Source: the human T2T-CHM13v2.0 reference genome, Homo sapiens | Assembly (NCBI RefSeq): GCF_009914755.1 | Contig: NC_060942.1 | Reading direction: 5' to 3' (one strand) | Length of the DNA: 64,000 nucleotides | Shown here: piece after piece, positions 10,701-24,085 of the stretch | Layout: each line of letters begins with the position of its first letter | How positions within the stretch are numbered: position 1 is the first letter of the stretch | Translations under genes and position numbers: made by a program | The notes under the pieces: model-generated | Database searches by the model: none | The model's input: the letters and a program-made list of their open reading frames with translations, nothing else | Told to the model about the DNA's origin: nothing

Positions 10701-13700
10701 AGGAAATATCTTCCCATAACAACTAGACACAAGCATTCTCAGAAACTTGTTTGTGATGTGTGCCCTCTACTGACAGAGTTGAACCTTTCTTTTCATAGAG
10801 CAGTTTTGAAACACTCTTTTTGTAGAATCTGCAAGAGGATATTTGCATAGCTTTGAGGATTTCGTGGGAAACGGGATTGTCTTCAGGTAAAATCTAGACA
10901 GAAGCATTCTCAGAAACTTCTTTGGGATGTTTGCATTCAAGTCACAGAGTAGAACATTCCCTTTGGTAGAGCAGGTTTGAAACACTCTTTTTGTAGTATC
11001 TGGAAGTGGACATTTGGAGCGCTTTCAGGCCTATGTTGGAAAGGGAAATATCTTCCCGTAACAACTAGGCAGAAGCATTCTCAGAAACTTATTTGAGATG
11101 TGTGTACTCAACTAAGAGAATTGAACCACCGTTTTGAAGGAGCAGTTTTGAAACACTCTTTTTCTGGAATCTGCAAGAGGATATTTGCCTAGCCTTGAGG
11201 ATTTCGTTGGAAACGGGATTGTCTTCAGATCAAATCTAGACAGAAGCATTCTCAGAAACTTCTTTGGGATGTTTGCATTCAAGTCACAGAGTAGAACATT
11301 CCCTTTGGTAGAGCAGGTTTGAAACACTCTTTTTTTAGTATATGGAAGTGGACATTTGGAGCGCTTTCAGGCCTACGTTGGAAAAGGAAATATCTTCCCA
11401 TAACAACTAGACAGAAGCATTCTCAGAAACTAGTTTCTGATGTGTGTCCTCAACTAACACAGTTGAACATTTCTTTAGACAGAACAGTTTTGAAACTCTC
11501 TTTTTGTGGAATCTGCAAGTGGCTATTTGGCTAGATTTGAGGATTTCGTTGGAAACGGGATTACATATAAAAAGCAGACAGCAGCATTCTCAGAAAGTTC
11601 TTTGTGATGATAGCATTCAAGTCACAGAATTGAACATTCCCTTTCACAGAGCAGGTTTGAAACACTCTTTTTATAGTGTGTGTAAGTGGACATTTGGAGC
11701 ACTTTCCGGCCTAAGGTGAAAAAGGAAATATCTTCCCATAAAAACTAGACAGAAGCATTCTCAGAAACTTACTCGTGATGTGTGTCCTCAACTAAAGGAG
11801 TAGAACCTTTGTTTTCATAGAGAAGTTTTGAAACGCTCTTTTTGTGGAATCTGCAAGTGGATATTTGGCTAGTTTGGAGGATTTTGTTGGAAGCGGGAAT
11901 TCATACAAATTGCAGACTGCAGCGTTCTGAGAAACATCTTTGTGATGTTTGTATTCAGGACACAGAGTTGAACATTCCCTATCATAGAGCAGGTTTGAAT
12001 CACTCCTTTTGTAGTATCTGGAAGTGGACATTTGGAGCGCTTTCAGGCCTATGTTGGAAAAGGAAATATCTTCCCATAACAACTAGACAGAAGCATTCTC
12101 AGAAACTTATTTGAGATGTGTGTACTCAACTAAGAGAATTGAACCACCGTTTTGAAGGAGCAGTTTTGAAACACTCTTTTTCTGGAATCTGCAAGTGGAT
12201 ATTTGGCTAGCTTTGGGGATTTCGCTGGAAGCGGGAATACATATAAAAAGCACACAGCAGCGTTCTGAGAAACTGCTTTCTGATGTTTGCATTCAAGTCA
12301 AAAGTTGAACACTCCCTTTCATAGAGCAGTCCTGAAACACTCCTTTTGTAGTATCTGGAACTGGACTTTTGGAGCGCTTTCAGGGCTAAGGTGAAAAAGG
12401 AAATATCTTCCCATAAAAACTGGACAGAAGCATTCTCAGAAACTTGTTTATGCTGTATCTACTCAACTAACATAGTTGAACCTTTCTTTTGATAGAGCAG
12501 TTTTGAAATGCTCTTTTTGTGGAATCTGCAAGTGGATATTTGGCTAGTTTTGAGGATTTCGTTGGAAGCGGGAATTCATACAAATTGCAGACTGCAGCGT
12601 TCTGAGAAACATCTTTGTGATGTTTGTATTCAGGACAGAGAGTTGAACATTCCCTATCATAGAGCAGGTTGGAATCACTCCTTTTGTAGTATCTGGAAGT
12701 GGACATTTGGAGCGCTTTCAGGCCTATGTTGAAAAAGGAAATATCTTCCCATAACAACTAGACACAAGCATTCTCAGAAACTTGTTTGTGATGTGTGCCC
12801 TCTACTGACAGAGTTGAACCTTTCTTTTCATAGAGCAGTTTTGAAACACTCTTTTTGTAGAATCTGCAAGAGGATATTTGCATAGCTTTGAGGATTACGT
12901 GGGAAACGGGATTGTCTTCAGGTAAAATCTAGACAGAAGCATTCTCAGAAACTTCTTTGGGATGTTTGCATTCAAGTCACAGAGTAGAACATTCCCTTTG
13001 GTAGAGTAGGTTTGAAACACTCTTTTTGTAGTATCTGGAAGTGGACATTTGGAGCGCTTTCAGGCCTATGTTGGAAAGGGAAATATCTTCCCGTAACAAC
13101 TAGGCAGAAGCATTCTCAGAAACTTATTTGAGATGTGTGTACTCAACTAAGAGAATTGAACCACCGTTTTGAAGGAGCAGTTTTGAAACACTCTTTTTCT
13201 GGAATCTGCAAGAGGATATTTGCCTAGCCTTGAGGATTTCGTTGGAAACGGGATTGTCTTCAGATCAAATCTAGACAGAAGCATTCTCAGAAACTTCTTT
13301 GGGATGTTTGCATTCAAGTCACAGAGTAGAACATTCCCTTTGGTAGAGCAGGTTTGAAACACTCTTTTTTTAGTATATGGAAGTGGACATTTGGAGCGCA
13401 TTCAGGCCTACGATGGAAAAGGAAATATCTTCCCATAACAACTAGACAGAAGCATTCTCAGAAACTAGTTTCTGATGTGTGTCCTCAACTAACACAGTTG
13501 CACATTTCTTTAGACAGAACAGTTTTGAAACACTCTTTTTGTGGAATCTGCAAGTGGCTATTTGGCTAGATTTGAGGATTTCGTTGGAAACGGGATTACA
13601 TATAAAAAGCAGTCAGCAGCATTCTCAGAAAGTTCTTTGTGATGATTGCATTCAAGTCACAGAATTGAACATTCCCTTTCACAGAGCAGGTTTGAAATAC

Positions 13701-16700
13701 TCTTTTTTATTGTGTGTAATTGGACATTTGGAGCACTTTCCGGCCTAAGGTGAAAAAGGAAATATCTTCCCATAAAAACTAGACAGAAGCATTCTCAGAA
13801 ACTTACTCGTGATGTGTGTCCTCCACTTAATGAGTAGAACCTTTCTTTTCATAGAGAAGTTTTGAAACGCTCTTTTTGTAGAATCTGCAAGAGGATATTT
13901 GCATAGCTTTGAGGATTTCGTGGGAAACGGGAATTCATACAAATTGCAGACTGCAGCGTTCTGAGAAACATCTTTGTGATGTTTGTATTCAGGACACAGA
14001 GTTGAACATTCCCTATCATAGAGCAGGTTTGAATCACTCCTTTTGTAGTATCTGGAAGTGGACATTTGGAGCGCTTTCAGGCCTATGTTGGAAAAGGAAA
14101 TATCTTCCCATAACAACTAGACAGAAGCATTCTCAGAAACTTATTTGAGATGTGTGTACTCAACTAAGAGAATTGAACCACCGTTTTGAAGGAGCAGTTT
14201 TGAAACACTCTTTTTCTGGAATCTGCAAGTGGATATTTGGCTAGCTTTGGGGACTTCGCTGGAGGCGGGAATACATATAAAAAGCACACAGCAGCGTTCT
14301 GAGAAACTGCTTTCTGATGTTTGCATTCAAGTCAAAAGTTGAACACTCCCTTTCATAGAGCAGTCCTGAAACACTCCTTTTGTAGTATCTGGAACTGGAC
14401 TTTTGGAGCGCTTTCAGGGCTAAGGTGAAAAAGGAAATATCTTCCCATAAAAACTGGACAGAAGCATTCTCAGAAACTTGTTTATGCTGTATCTACTCAA
14501 CTAACAAAGTTGAACCTTTCTTTTGATAGAGCAGTTTTGAAATGCTCTTTTTGTGGAATCTGCAAGTGGATATTTGGCTAGTTTTGAGGATTTCGTTGGA
14601 AGCGGGAATTCATACAAATTGCAGACTGCAGCGTTCTGAGAAACATCTTTGTGGTGTTTGTCTTCAGGACAGAGAGTTGAACATTCCCTATCATAGAGCA
14701 GGTTGGAATCACTCCTTTTGTAGTATCTGGAAGTGGACATTTGGAGCGCTTTCTGGCCTATGTTGAAAAAGGAAATATCTTCCCATAACAACTAGACACA
14801 AGCATTCTCAGAAACTTGTTTGTGATGTGTGCCCTCTACTGACAGAGTTGAACCTTTCTTTTCATAGAGCAGTTTTGAAACACTCTTTTTGTAGAATCTG
14901 CAAGAGGATATTTGCATAGCTTTGAGGATTTCGTGGGAAACGGGATTGTCTTCAGGTAAAATCTAGACAGAAGCATTCTCAGAAACTTCTTTGGGATGTT
15001 TGCATTCAAGTCACAGAGTAGAACATTCCCTTTGGTAGAGCAGGTTTGAAACACTCTTTTTGTAGTATCTGGAAGTGGACATTTGGAGCGCTTTCAGGCC
15101 TATGTTGGAAAGGGAAATATCTTCCCGTAACAACTAGGCAGAAGCATTCTCAGAAACTTATTTGAGATGTGTGTACTCAACTAAGAGAATTGAACCACCG
15201 TTTTGAAGGAGCAGTTTTGAAACACTCTTTTTCTGGAATCTGCAAGAGGATATTTGCCTAGCTTTGAGGATTTCGTTGGAAACGGGATTGTGTTCAGATC
15301 AAATCTAGACAGAAGCATTCTCAGAAACTTCTTTGGGATGTTTGCATTCAAGTCACAGAGTAGAACATTCCCTTTGGTAGAGCAGGTGTGAAACACTCTT
15401 TTTTTAGTATATGGAAGTGGACATTTGGAGCGCTTTCAGGCCTACGTTGGAAAAGGAAATATCTTCCCATAACAACTAGACAGAAGCATTCTCAGAAACT
15501 AGTTTCTGATGTGTGTCCTCAACTAACACAGTTGAACATTTCTTTAGACAGAACAGTTTTGAAACTCTCTTTTTGTGGAATCTGCAAGTGGCTATTTGGC
15601 TAGATTTGAGGATTTCGTTGGAAACGGGATTACATATAAAAAGCAGACAGCAGCATTCTCAGAAAGTTCTTTGTGATGATTGCATTCAAGTCACAGAATT
15701 GAACATTCCCTTTCACAGAGCAGGTTTGAAACACTCTTTTTGTAGTGTGTGTAAGTGGACATTTGGAGCACTTTCCGGCCTAAGGTGAGAAAGGAAATAT
15801 CTTCCCATAAAAACTAGACAGAAGCATTCTCAGAAACTTACTCGTGATGTGTGTCCTCAACTAAAGGAGTAGAACCTTTCTTTCATAGAGAAGTTTTGAA
15901 ACGCTCTTTTTGTGGAATCTGCAAGTGGATATTTGGCTAGTTTGGAGGATTTCGTTGGAAGCGGGAATTCATACAAATTGCAGACTGCAGCGTTCTGAGA
16001 AACATCTTTGTGATGTTTGTATTCAGGACACAGAGTTGAACATTCCCTATCATAGAGCAGGTTTGAATCACTCCTTTTGTAGTATCTGGAAGTGGACATT
16101 TGGAGCGCTTTCAGGCCTATGTTGGAAAAGGAAATATCTTCCCATAACAACTAGACAGAAGCATTCTCAGAATTTTATTTGAGATGTGTGTACTCAACTA
16201 AGAGAATTGAACCACCGTTTTGAAGGAGCAGTTTTGAAACACTCTTTTTCTGGAATCTGCAAGTGGATATTTGGCTAGCTTTGGGGATTTCGCTGGAAGC
16301 GGGAATACATATAAAAAGCACACAGCAGCGTTCTGAGAAACTGCTTTCTGATGTTTGCATTCAACTCAAAAGTTGAACACTCCCTTTCATAGAGCAGTCC
16401 TGAAACACTCCTTTTGTAGTATCTGGAACTGGACTTTTGGAGCGCTTTCAGGGCTAAGGTGAAAAAGGAAATATCTTCCCATAAAAACTGGACAGAAGCA
16501 TTCTCAGAAACTTGTTTATGCTGTATCTACTCAACTAACAAAGTTGAACCTTTCTTTTGATAGAGCAGTTTTGAAATGCTCTTTTTGTGGAATCTGCAAG
16601 TGGATATTTGGCTAGTTTTGAGGATTTCGTTGGAAGCGGGAATTCATACAAATTGCAGACTGCAGCGTTCTGAGAAACATCTTTGTGATGTTTGTATTCA

Positions 16701-16962
16701 GGACAGAGAGTTGAACATTCCCTATCATAGAGCAGGTTGGAATCACTCCTTTTGTAGTATCTGGAAGTGGACATTTGGAGCGCTTTCAGGCCTATGTTGA
16801 AAAAGGAAATATCTTCCCATAACAACTAGACACAAGCATTCTCAGAAACTTGTTTGTGATGTGTGCCCTCTACTGACAGAGTAGAACCTTTCTTTTCATA
16901 GAGCAGTTTTGAAACACTCTTTTTGTAGAATCTGCAAGAGGATATTTGCATAGCTTTGAGGA

Positions 16963-17980
16963 TTTCGTGGGAAACGGGATTGTCTTCAGGTAAAATCTAG
17001 ACAGAAGCATTCTCAGAAACTTCTTTGGGATGTTTGCATTCAAGTCACAGAGTAGAACATTCCCTTTGGTAGAGCAGGTTTGAAACACTCTTTTTTTAGT
17101 ATATGGAAGTGGACATTTGGAGCGCTTTCAGGCCTACGTTTGAAAAGGAAATATCTTCCCATAACAACTAGACAGAAGCATTCTCAGAAACTAGTTTCTG
17201 ATGTGTGTCCTCAACTAACACAGTTGAACATTTCTTTAGACAGAACAGTTTTGAAACACTCTTTTTGTGGTATCTGCAAGTGGCTATTTGGCTAGATTTG
17301 AGGATTTCGTTGGAAACGGGATTACATATAAAAAGCAGACAGCAGCATTCTCAGAAACTTCTTTGTGATGATTGCATTCAAGTCACAGTATTGAACATTC
17401 CCTTTCACAGAGCAGGTTTGAAACACTCTTTGTATAGTGTGTGTAAGTGGACATTTGGAGCACTTTCCGGCCTAAGGTGAAAAAGGAAATATCTTCCCAT
17501 AAAAACTAGACAGAAGCATTCTCAGAAACTTACTCGTGATGTGTGTCCTCAACTAAAGAAGTGGAACCTTTCTTTTCATAGATAAGTTTTGAAACGCTCT
17601 TTTTGTGGAATCTGCAAGTGGATATTTGGCTAGTTTTGAGGATTTCGTTGGAAGCGGGAATTCATACAAATTGCAGACTGCAGCGTTCTGAGAAACATCT
17701 TTGTGATGTTTGTATTCAGGACACAGAGTTGAACATTCCCTATCATAGAGCAGGTTGGAATCACTCCTTTTGTAGTATCTGGAAGTGGACATTTGGAGCG
17801 CTTTCAGGCCTATGTTGAAAAAGGAAATATCTTCCCATAACAACTAGACACAAGCATTCTCAGAAACTTGTTTGTGATGTGTGCCCTCTACTGACAGAGT
17901 TGAACCTTTCTTTTCATAGAGCAGTTTTGAAACACTCTTTTTGTAGAATCTGCAAGAGGATATTTGCATAGCTTTGAGGA
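16963..17980 (+). repeat. 6-mer HOR structural variant type 1 ([C/D]-E*-[F/B], 1018 bp), copy 1
   Basis: C boxes at 16963 and 17981; A-to-A interval 3053. C runs into D-type sequence and F runs into B-type sequence. Confidence 0.93.
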
Positions 17981-20900
17981 TTTCGTGGGAAACGGGATTG
18001 TCTTCAGGTAAAATCTAGACAGAAGCATTCTCAGAAACTTCTTTGGGATGTTTGCATTCAAGTCACAGAGTAGAACATTCCCTTTGGTAGAGCAGGTTTG
18101 AAACACTCTTTTTGTAGTATCTGGAAGTGGACATTTGGAGCGCTTTCAGGCCTATGTTGGAAAGGGAAATATCTTCCCGTAACAACTAGGCAGAAGCATT
18201 CTCAGAAACTTATTTGAGATGTGTGTACTCAACTAAGAGAATTGAACCACCGTTTTGAAGGAGCAGTTTTGAAACACTCTTTTTCTGGAATCTGCAAGAG
18301 GATATTTGCCTAGCCTTGAGGATTTCGTTGGAAACGGGATTGTCTTCAGATCAAATCTAGACAGAAGCATTCTCAGAAACTTCTTTGGGATGTTTGCATT
18401 CAAGTCACAGAGTAGAACATTCCCTTTGGTAGAGCAGGTTTGAAACACTCTTTTTTTAGTATATGGAAGTGGACATTTGGAGCGCTTTCAGGCCTACGTT
18501 GGAAAAGGAAATATCTTCCCATAACAACTAGACAGAAGCATTCTCAGAAACTAGTTTCTGATGTGTGTCCTCAACTAACACAGTTGAACATTTCTTTAGA
18601 CAGAACAGTTTTGAAACACTCTTTTTGTGGAATCTGCAAGTGGCTATTTGGCTAGATTTGAGGATTTCGTTGGAAACGGGATTACATATAAAAAGCAGAC
18701 AGCAGCATTCTCAGAAAGTTCTTTGTGATGATTGCATTCAAGTCACAGAATTGAACATTCCCTTTCACAGAGCAGGTTTGAAACACTCTTTTTGTAGTGT
18801 GTGTAAGTGGACATTTGGAGCACTTTCCGGCCTAAGGTGAAAAAGGAAATATCTTCCCATAAAAACTAGACAGAAGCATTCTCAGAAACTTACTCGTGAT
18901 GTGTGTCCTCAACTAAAGGAGTAGAACCTTTGTTTTCATAGAGAAGTTTTGAAACGCTCTTTTTGTGGAATCTGCAAGTGGATATTTGGCTAGTTTGGAG
19001 GATTTCGTTGGAAGCGGGAATTCATACAAATTGCAGACTGCAGCGTTCTGAGAAACATCTTTGTGATGTTTGTATTCAGGACACAGAGTTGAACATTCCC
19101 TATCATAGAGCAGGTTTGAATCACTCCTTTTGTGGTATCTGGAAGTGGACATTTGGAGCGCTTTCAGGCCTATGTTGGAAAAGGAAATATCTTCCCATAA
19201 CAACTAGACAGAAGCATTCTCAGAAACTTATTTGAGATGTGTGTACTCAACTAAGAGAATTGAACCACCGTTTTGAAGGAGCAGTTTTGAAACACTCTTT
19301 TTCTGGAATCTGCAAGTGGATATTTGGCTAGCTTTGGGGATTTCGCTGGAAGCGGGAATACATATAAAAAGCACACAGCAGCGTTCTGAGAAACTGCTTT
19401 CTGATGTTTGCATTCAAGTCAAAAGTTGAACACTCCCTTTCATAGAGCAGTCCTGAAACACTCCTTTTGTAGTATCTGGAACTGGACTTTTGGAGCGCTT
19501 TCAGGGCTAAGGTGAAAAAGGAAATATCTTCCCATAAAAACTGGACAGAAGCATTCTCAGAAACTTGTTTATGCTGTATCTACTCAACTAACAAAGTTGA
19601 ACCTTTCTTTTGATAGAGCAGTTTTGAAATGCTCTTTTTGTGGAATCTGCAAGTGGATATTTGGCTAGTTTTGAGTATTTCATTGGAAGCGGGAATTCAT
19701 ACAAATTGCAGACTGCAGCGTTCTGAGAAATAGCTTTGTGATGTTTGTATTCAGGACAGAGAGTTGAACATTCCCTATCATAGAGCAGGTTGGAATCACT
19801 CCTTTTGTAGTATCTGGAAGTGGACATTTGGAGCGCTTTCTGGCCTATGTTGAAAAAGGAAATATCTTCCCATAACAACTAGACACAAGCATTCTCAGAA
19901 ACTTGTTTGTGATGTGTGCCCTCTACTGACAGAGTTGAACCTTTCTTTTCATAGAGCAGTTTTGAAACACTCTTTTTGTAGAATCTGCAAGAGGATATTT
20001 GCATAGCTTTGAGGATTTCGTGGGAAACGGGATTGTCTTCAGGTAAAATCTAGACAGAAGCATTCTCAGAAACTTCTTTGGGATGTTTGCATTCAAGTCA
20101 CAGAGTAGAACATTCCCTTTGGTAGAGCAGGTTTGAAACACTCTTTTTGTAGTATCTGGAAGTGGACATTTGGAGCGCTTTCAGGCCTATGTTGGAAAGG
20201 GAAATATCTTCCCGTAACAACTAGGCAGAAGCATTCTCAGAAACTTATTTGAGATGTGTGTACTCAACTAAGAGAATTGAATCACCGTTTTGAAGGAGCA
20301 GTTTTGAAACACTCTTTTTCTGGAATCTGCAAGAGGATATTTGCCTAGCCTTGAGGATTTCGTTGGAAACGGGATTGTCTTCAGATCAAATCTAGACAGA
20401 AGCATTCTCAGAAACTTCTTTGGGATGTTTGCATTCAAGTCACAGAGTAGAACATTCCCTTTGGTAGAGCAGGTTTGAAACACTCTTTTTTTAGTATATG
20501 GAAGTGGACATTTGGAGCGCTTTCAGGCCTACGTTGGAAAAGGAAATATCTTCCCATAAGAACTAGACAGAAGCATTCTCAGAAACTAGTTTCTGATGTG
20601 TGTCCTCACCTAACACAGTTGAACATTTCTTTAGACAGAACAGTTTTGAAACACTCTTTTTGTGGAATCTGCAAGTGGCTATTTGGCTAGATTTGAGGAT
20701 TTCGTTGGAAACGGGATTACATATAAAAAGCAGACAGCAGCATTCTCAGAAAGTTCTTTGTGATGATTGCATTCAAGTCACAGAATTGAACATTCCCTTT
20801 CACAGAGCAGGTTTGAAACACTCTTTTTGTAGTGTGTGTAAGTGGACATTTGGAGCACTTTCCGGCCTAAGGTGAAAAAGGAAATATCTTCCCATAAAAA

Positions 20901-23900
20901 CTAGACAGAAGCATTCTCAGAAACTTACTCGTGATGTGTGTCCTCAACTAAAGGAGTAGAACCTTTCTTTTCATAGAGAAGTTTTGAAACGCTCTTTTTG
21001 TGGAATCTGCAAGTGGATATTTGGCTAGTTTGGAGGATTTCGTTGGAAGCGGGAATTCATACAAATTGCAGACTGCAGCGTTCTGAGAAACATCTTTGTG
21101 ATGTTTGTATTCAGGACACAGAGTTGAACATTCCCTATCATAGAGCAGGTTTGAATCACTCCTTTTGTAGTATCTGGAAGTGGACATTTGGAGCGCTTTC
21201 AGGCCTATGTTGGAAAAGGAAATATCTTCCCATAACAACTAGACAGAAGCATTCTCAGAAACTTATTTGAGATGTGTGTACTCAACTAAGAGAATTGAAC
21301 CACCGTTTTGAAGGAGCAGTTTTGAAACACTCTTTTTCTGGAATCTGCAAGTGGATATTTGGCTAGCTTTGGGGACTTCGCTGGAGGCGGGAATACATAT
21401 AAAAAGCACACAGCAGCGTTCTGAGAAACTGCTTTCTGATGTTTGCATTCAAGTCAAAAGTTGAACACTCCCTTTCATAGAGCAGTCCTGAAACACTCCT
21501 TTTGTAGTATCTGGAACTGGACTTTTGGAGCGCTTTCAGGGCTAAGGTGAAAAAGGAAATATCTTCCCATAAAAACTGGACAGAAGCATTCTCAGAAACT
21601 TGTTTATGCTGTATCTACTGAACTAACAAATTTGAACCTTTCTTTTGATAGAGCAGTTTTGAAATGCTCTTTTTGTGGAATCTGCAAGTGGATATTTGGC
21701 TAGTTTTGAGGATTTCGTTGGAAGCGGGAATTCATACAAATTGCAGACTGCAGCGTTCTGAGAAACATCTTTGTGGTGTTTGTATTCAGGACAGAGGGTT
21801 GAACATTCCCTATCATAGAGCAGGTTGGAATCACTCCTTTTGTAGTATCTGGAAGTGGACATTTGGAGCGCTTTTTGGCCTATGTTGAAAAAGGAAATAT
21901 CTTCCCATAACAACTAGACACAAGCATTCTCAGAAACTTGTTTGTGATGTGTGCCCTCTACTGACAGAGTTGAACCTCTCTTTTCATAGAGCAGTTTTGA
22001 AACACTCTTTTTGTAGAATCTGCAAGAGGATATTTGCATAGCTTTGAGGATTTCGTGGGAAACGGGATTGTCTTCAGGTAAAATCTAGACAGAAGCATTC
22101 TCAGAAACTTCTTTGGGATGTTTGCATTCAAGTCACAGAGTAGAACATTCCCTTTGGTAGAGCAGGTTTGAAACACTCTTTTTGTAGTATCTGGAAGTGG
22201 ACATTTGGAGCGCTTTCAGGCCTATGTTGGAAAGGGAAATATCTTCCCGTAACAACTAGGCAGAAGCATTCTCAGAAACTTATTTGAGATGTGTGTACTC
22301 AACTAAGAGAATTGAACCACCGTTTTGAAGGAGCAGTTTTGAAACACTCTTTTTCTGGAATCTGCAAGAGGATATTTGCCTAGCCTTGAGGATTTCGTTG
22401 GAAACGGGATTGTCTTCAGATCAAATCTAGACAGAAGCATTCTCAGAAACTTCTTTGGGATGTTTGCATTCAAGTCACAGAGTAGAACATTCCCTTTGGT
22501 AGAGCAGGTTTGAAACACTCTTTTTTTAGTATATGGAAGTGGACATTTGGAGCGCTTTCAGGCCTACGTTGGAAAAGGAAATATCTTCCCATAACAACTA
22601 GACAGAAGCATTCTCAGAAACTAGTTTCTGATGTGTGTCCTCAACTAACACAGTTGAACATTTCTTTAGACAGAACAGTTTTGAAACTCTCTTTTTGTGG
22701 AATCTGCAAGTGGATATTTGGCTAGATTTGAGGATTTCGTTGGAAACGGGATTACATATAAAAAGCAGACAGCAGCATTCTCAGAAAGTTCTTTGTGATG
22801 ATTGCATTCAAGTCACAGAATTGAACATTCCCTTTCACAGAGCATGTTTGAAACACTCTTTTTGTAGTGTGTGTAAGTGGACATTTGGAGCACTTTCCGG
22901 CCTAAGGTGAAAAAGGAAATATCTTCCCATAAAAACTAGACAGAAGCATTCTCAGAAACTTACTCGTGATGTGTGTCCTCAACTAAAGGAGTAGAACCTT
23001 TCTTTTCATAGAGAAGTTTTGAAACGCTCTTTTTGTGGAATCTGCAAGTGGATATTTGGCTAGTTTTGAGGATTTCGTTGGAAGCGGGAATTCATACAAA
23101 TTGCAGACTGCAGCGTTCTGAGAAACATCTTTGTGATGTTTGTATTCAGGACACAGAGTTGAACATTCCCTATCATAGAGCAGGTTTGAATCACTCCTTT
23201 TGTAGTATCTGGAAGTGGACATTTGGAGCGCTTTCAGGCCTATGTTGGAAAAGGAAATATCTTCCCATAACAACTAGACAGAAGCATTCTCAGAAACTTA
23301 TTTGAGATGTGTGTACTCAACTAAGAGAATTGAACCACCGTTTTGAAGGAGCAGTTTTGAAACACTCTTTTTCTGGAATCTGCAAGTGGATATTTGGCTA
23401 GCTTTGGGGATTTCGCTGGAAGCGGGAATACATATAAAAAGCACACAGCAGCGTTCTGAGAAACTGCTTTCTGATGTTTGCATTCAAGTCAAAAGTTGAA
23501 CACTCCCTTTCATAGAGCAGTCCTGAAACACTCCTTTTGTAGTATCTGGAACTGGACTTTTGGAGCGCTTTCAGGGCTAAGGTGAAAAAGGAAATATCTT
23601 CCCATAAAAACTGGACAGAAGAATTCTCAGAAACTTGTTTATGCTGTATCTACTCTACTAAAAAAGTTGAACCTTTCTTTTGATAGAGCAGTTTTGAAAT
23701 GCTCTTTTTGTGGAATCTGCAATTGGATATTTGGCTAGATTTGAGGATTTCGTTGGAAGCTGGAATACATACAAATTGCAGACTGCAGCGTTCTGAGAAA
23801 CATCTTTGTGATGTTTGTATTCAGGACACAGAGTTGAACATTCCCTATCATAGAGCAGGTTGGAATCACTCCTTTTGTAGTATCTGGAAGTGGACATTTG

Positions 23901-24085
23901 GAGCGCTTTCAGGCCTATGTTGAAAAAGGAAATATCTTCCCATAACAACTAGACACAAGCATTCTCAGAAACTTGTTTGTGATGTGTGCCCTCTACTGAC
24001 AGAGTTGAACCTTTCTTTTCATAGAGCAGTTTTGAAACACTCTTTTTGTAGAATCTGCAAGAGGATATTTGCATAGCTTTGAGGA

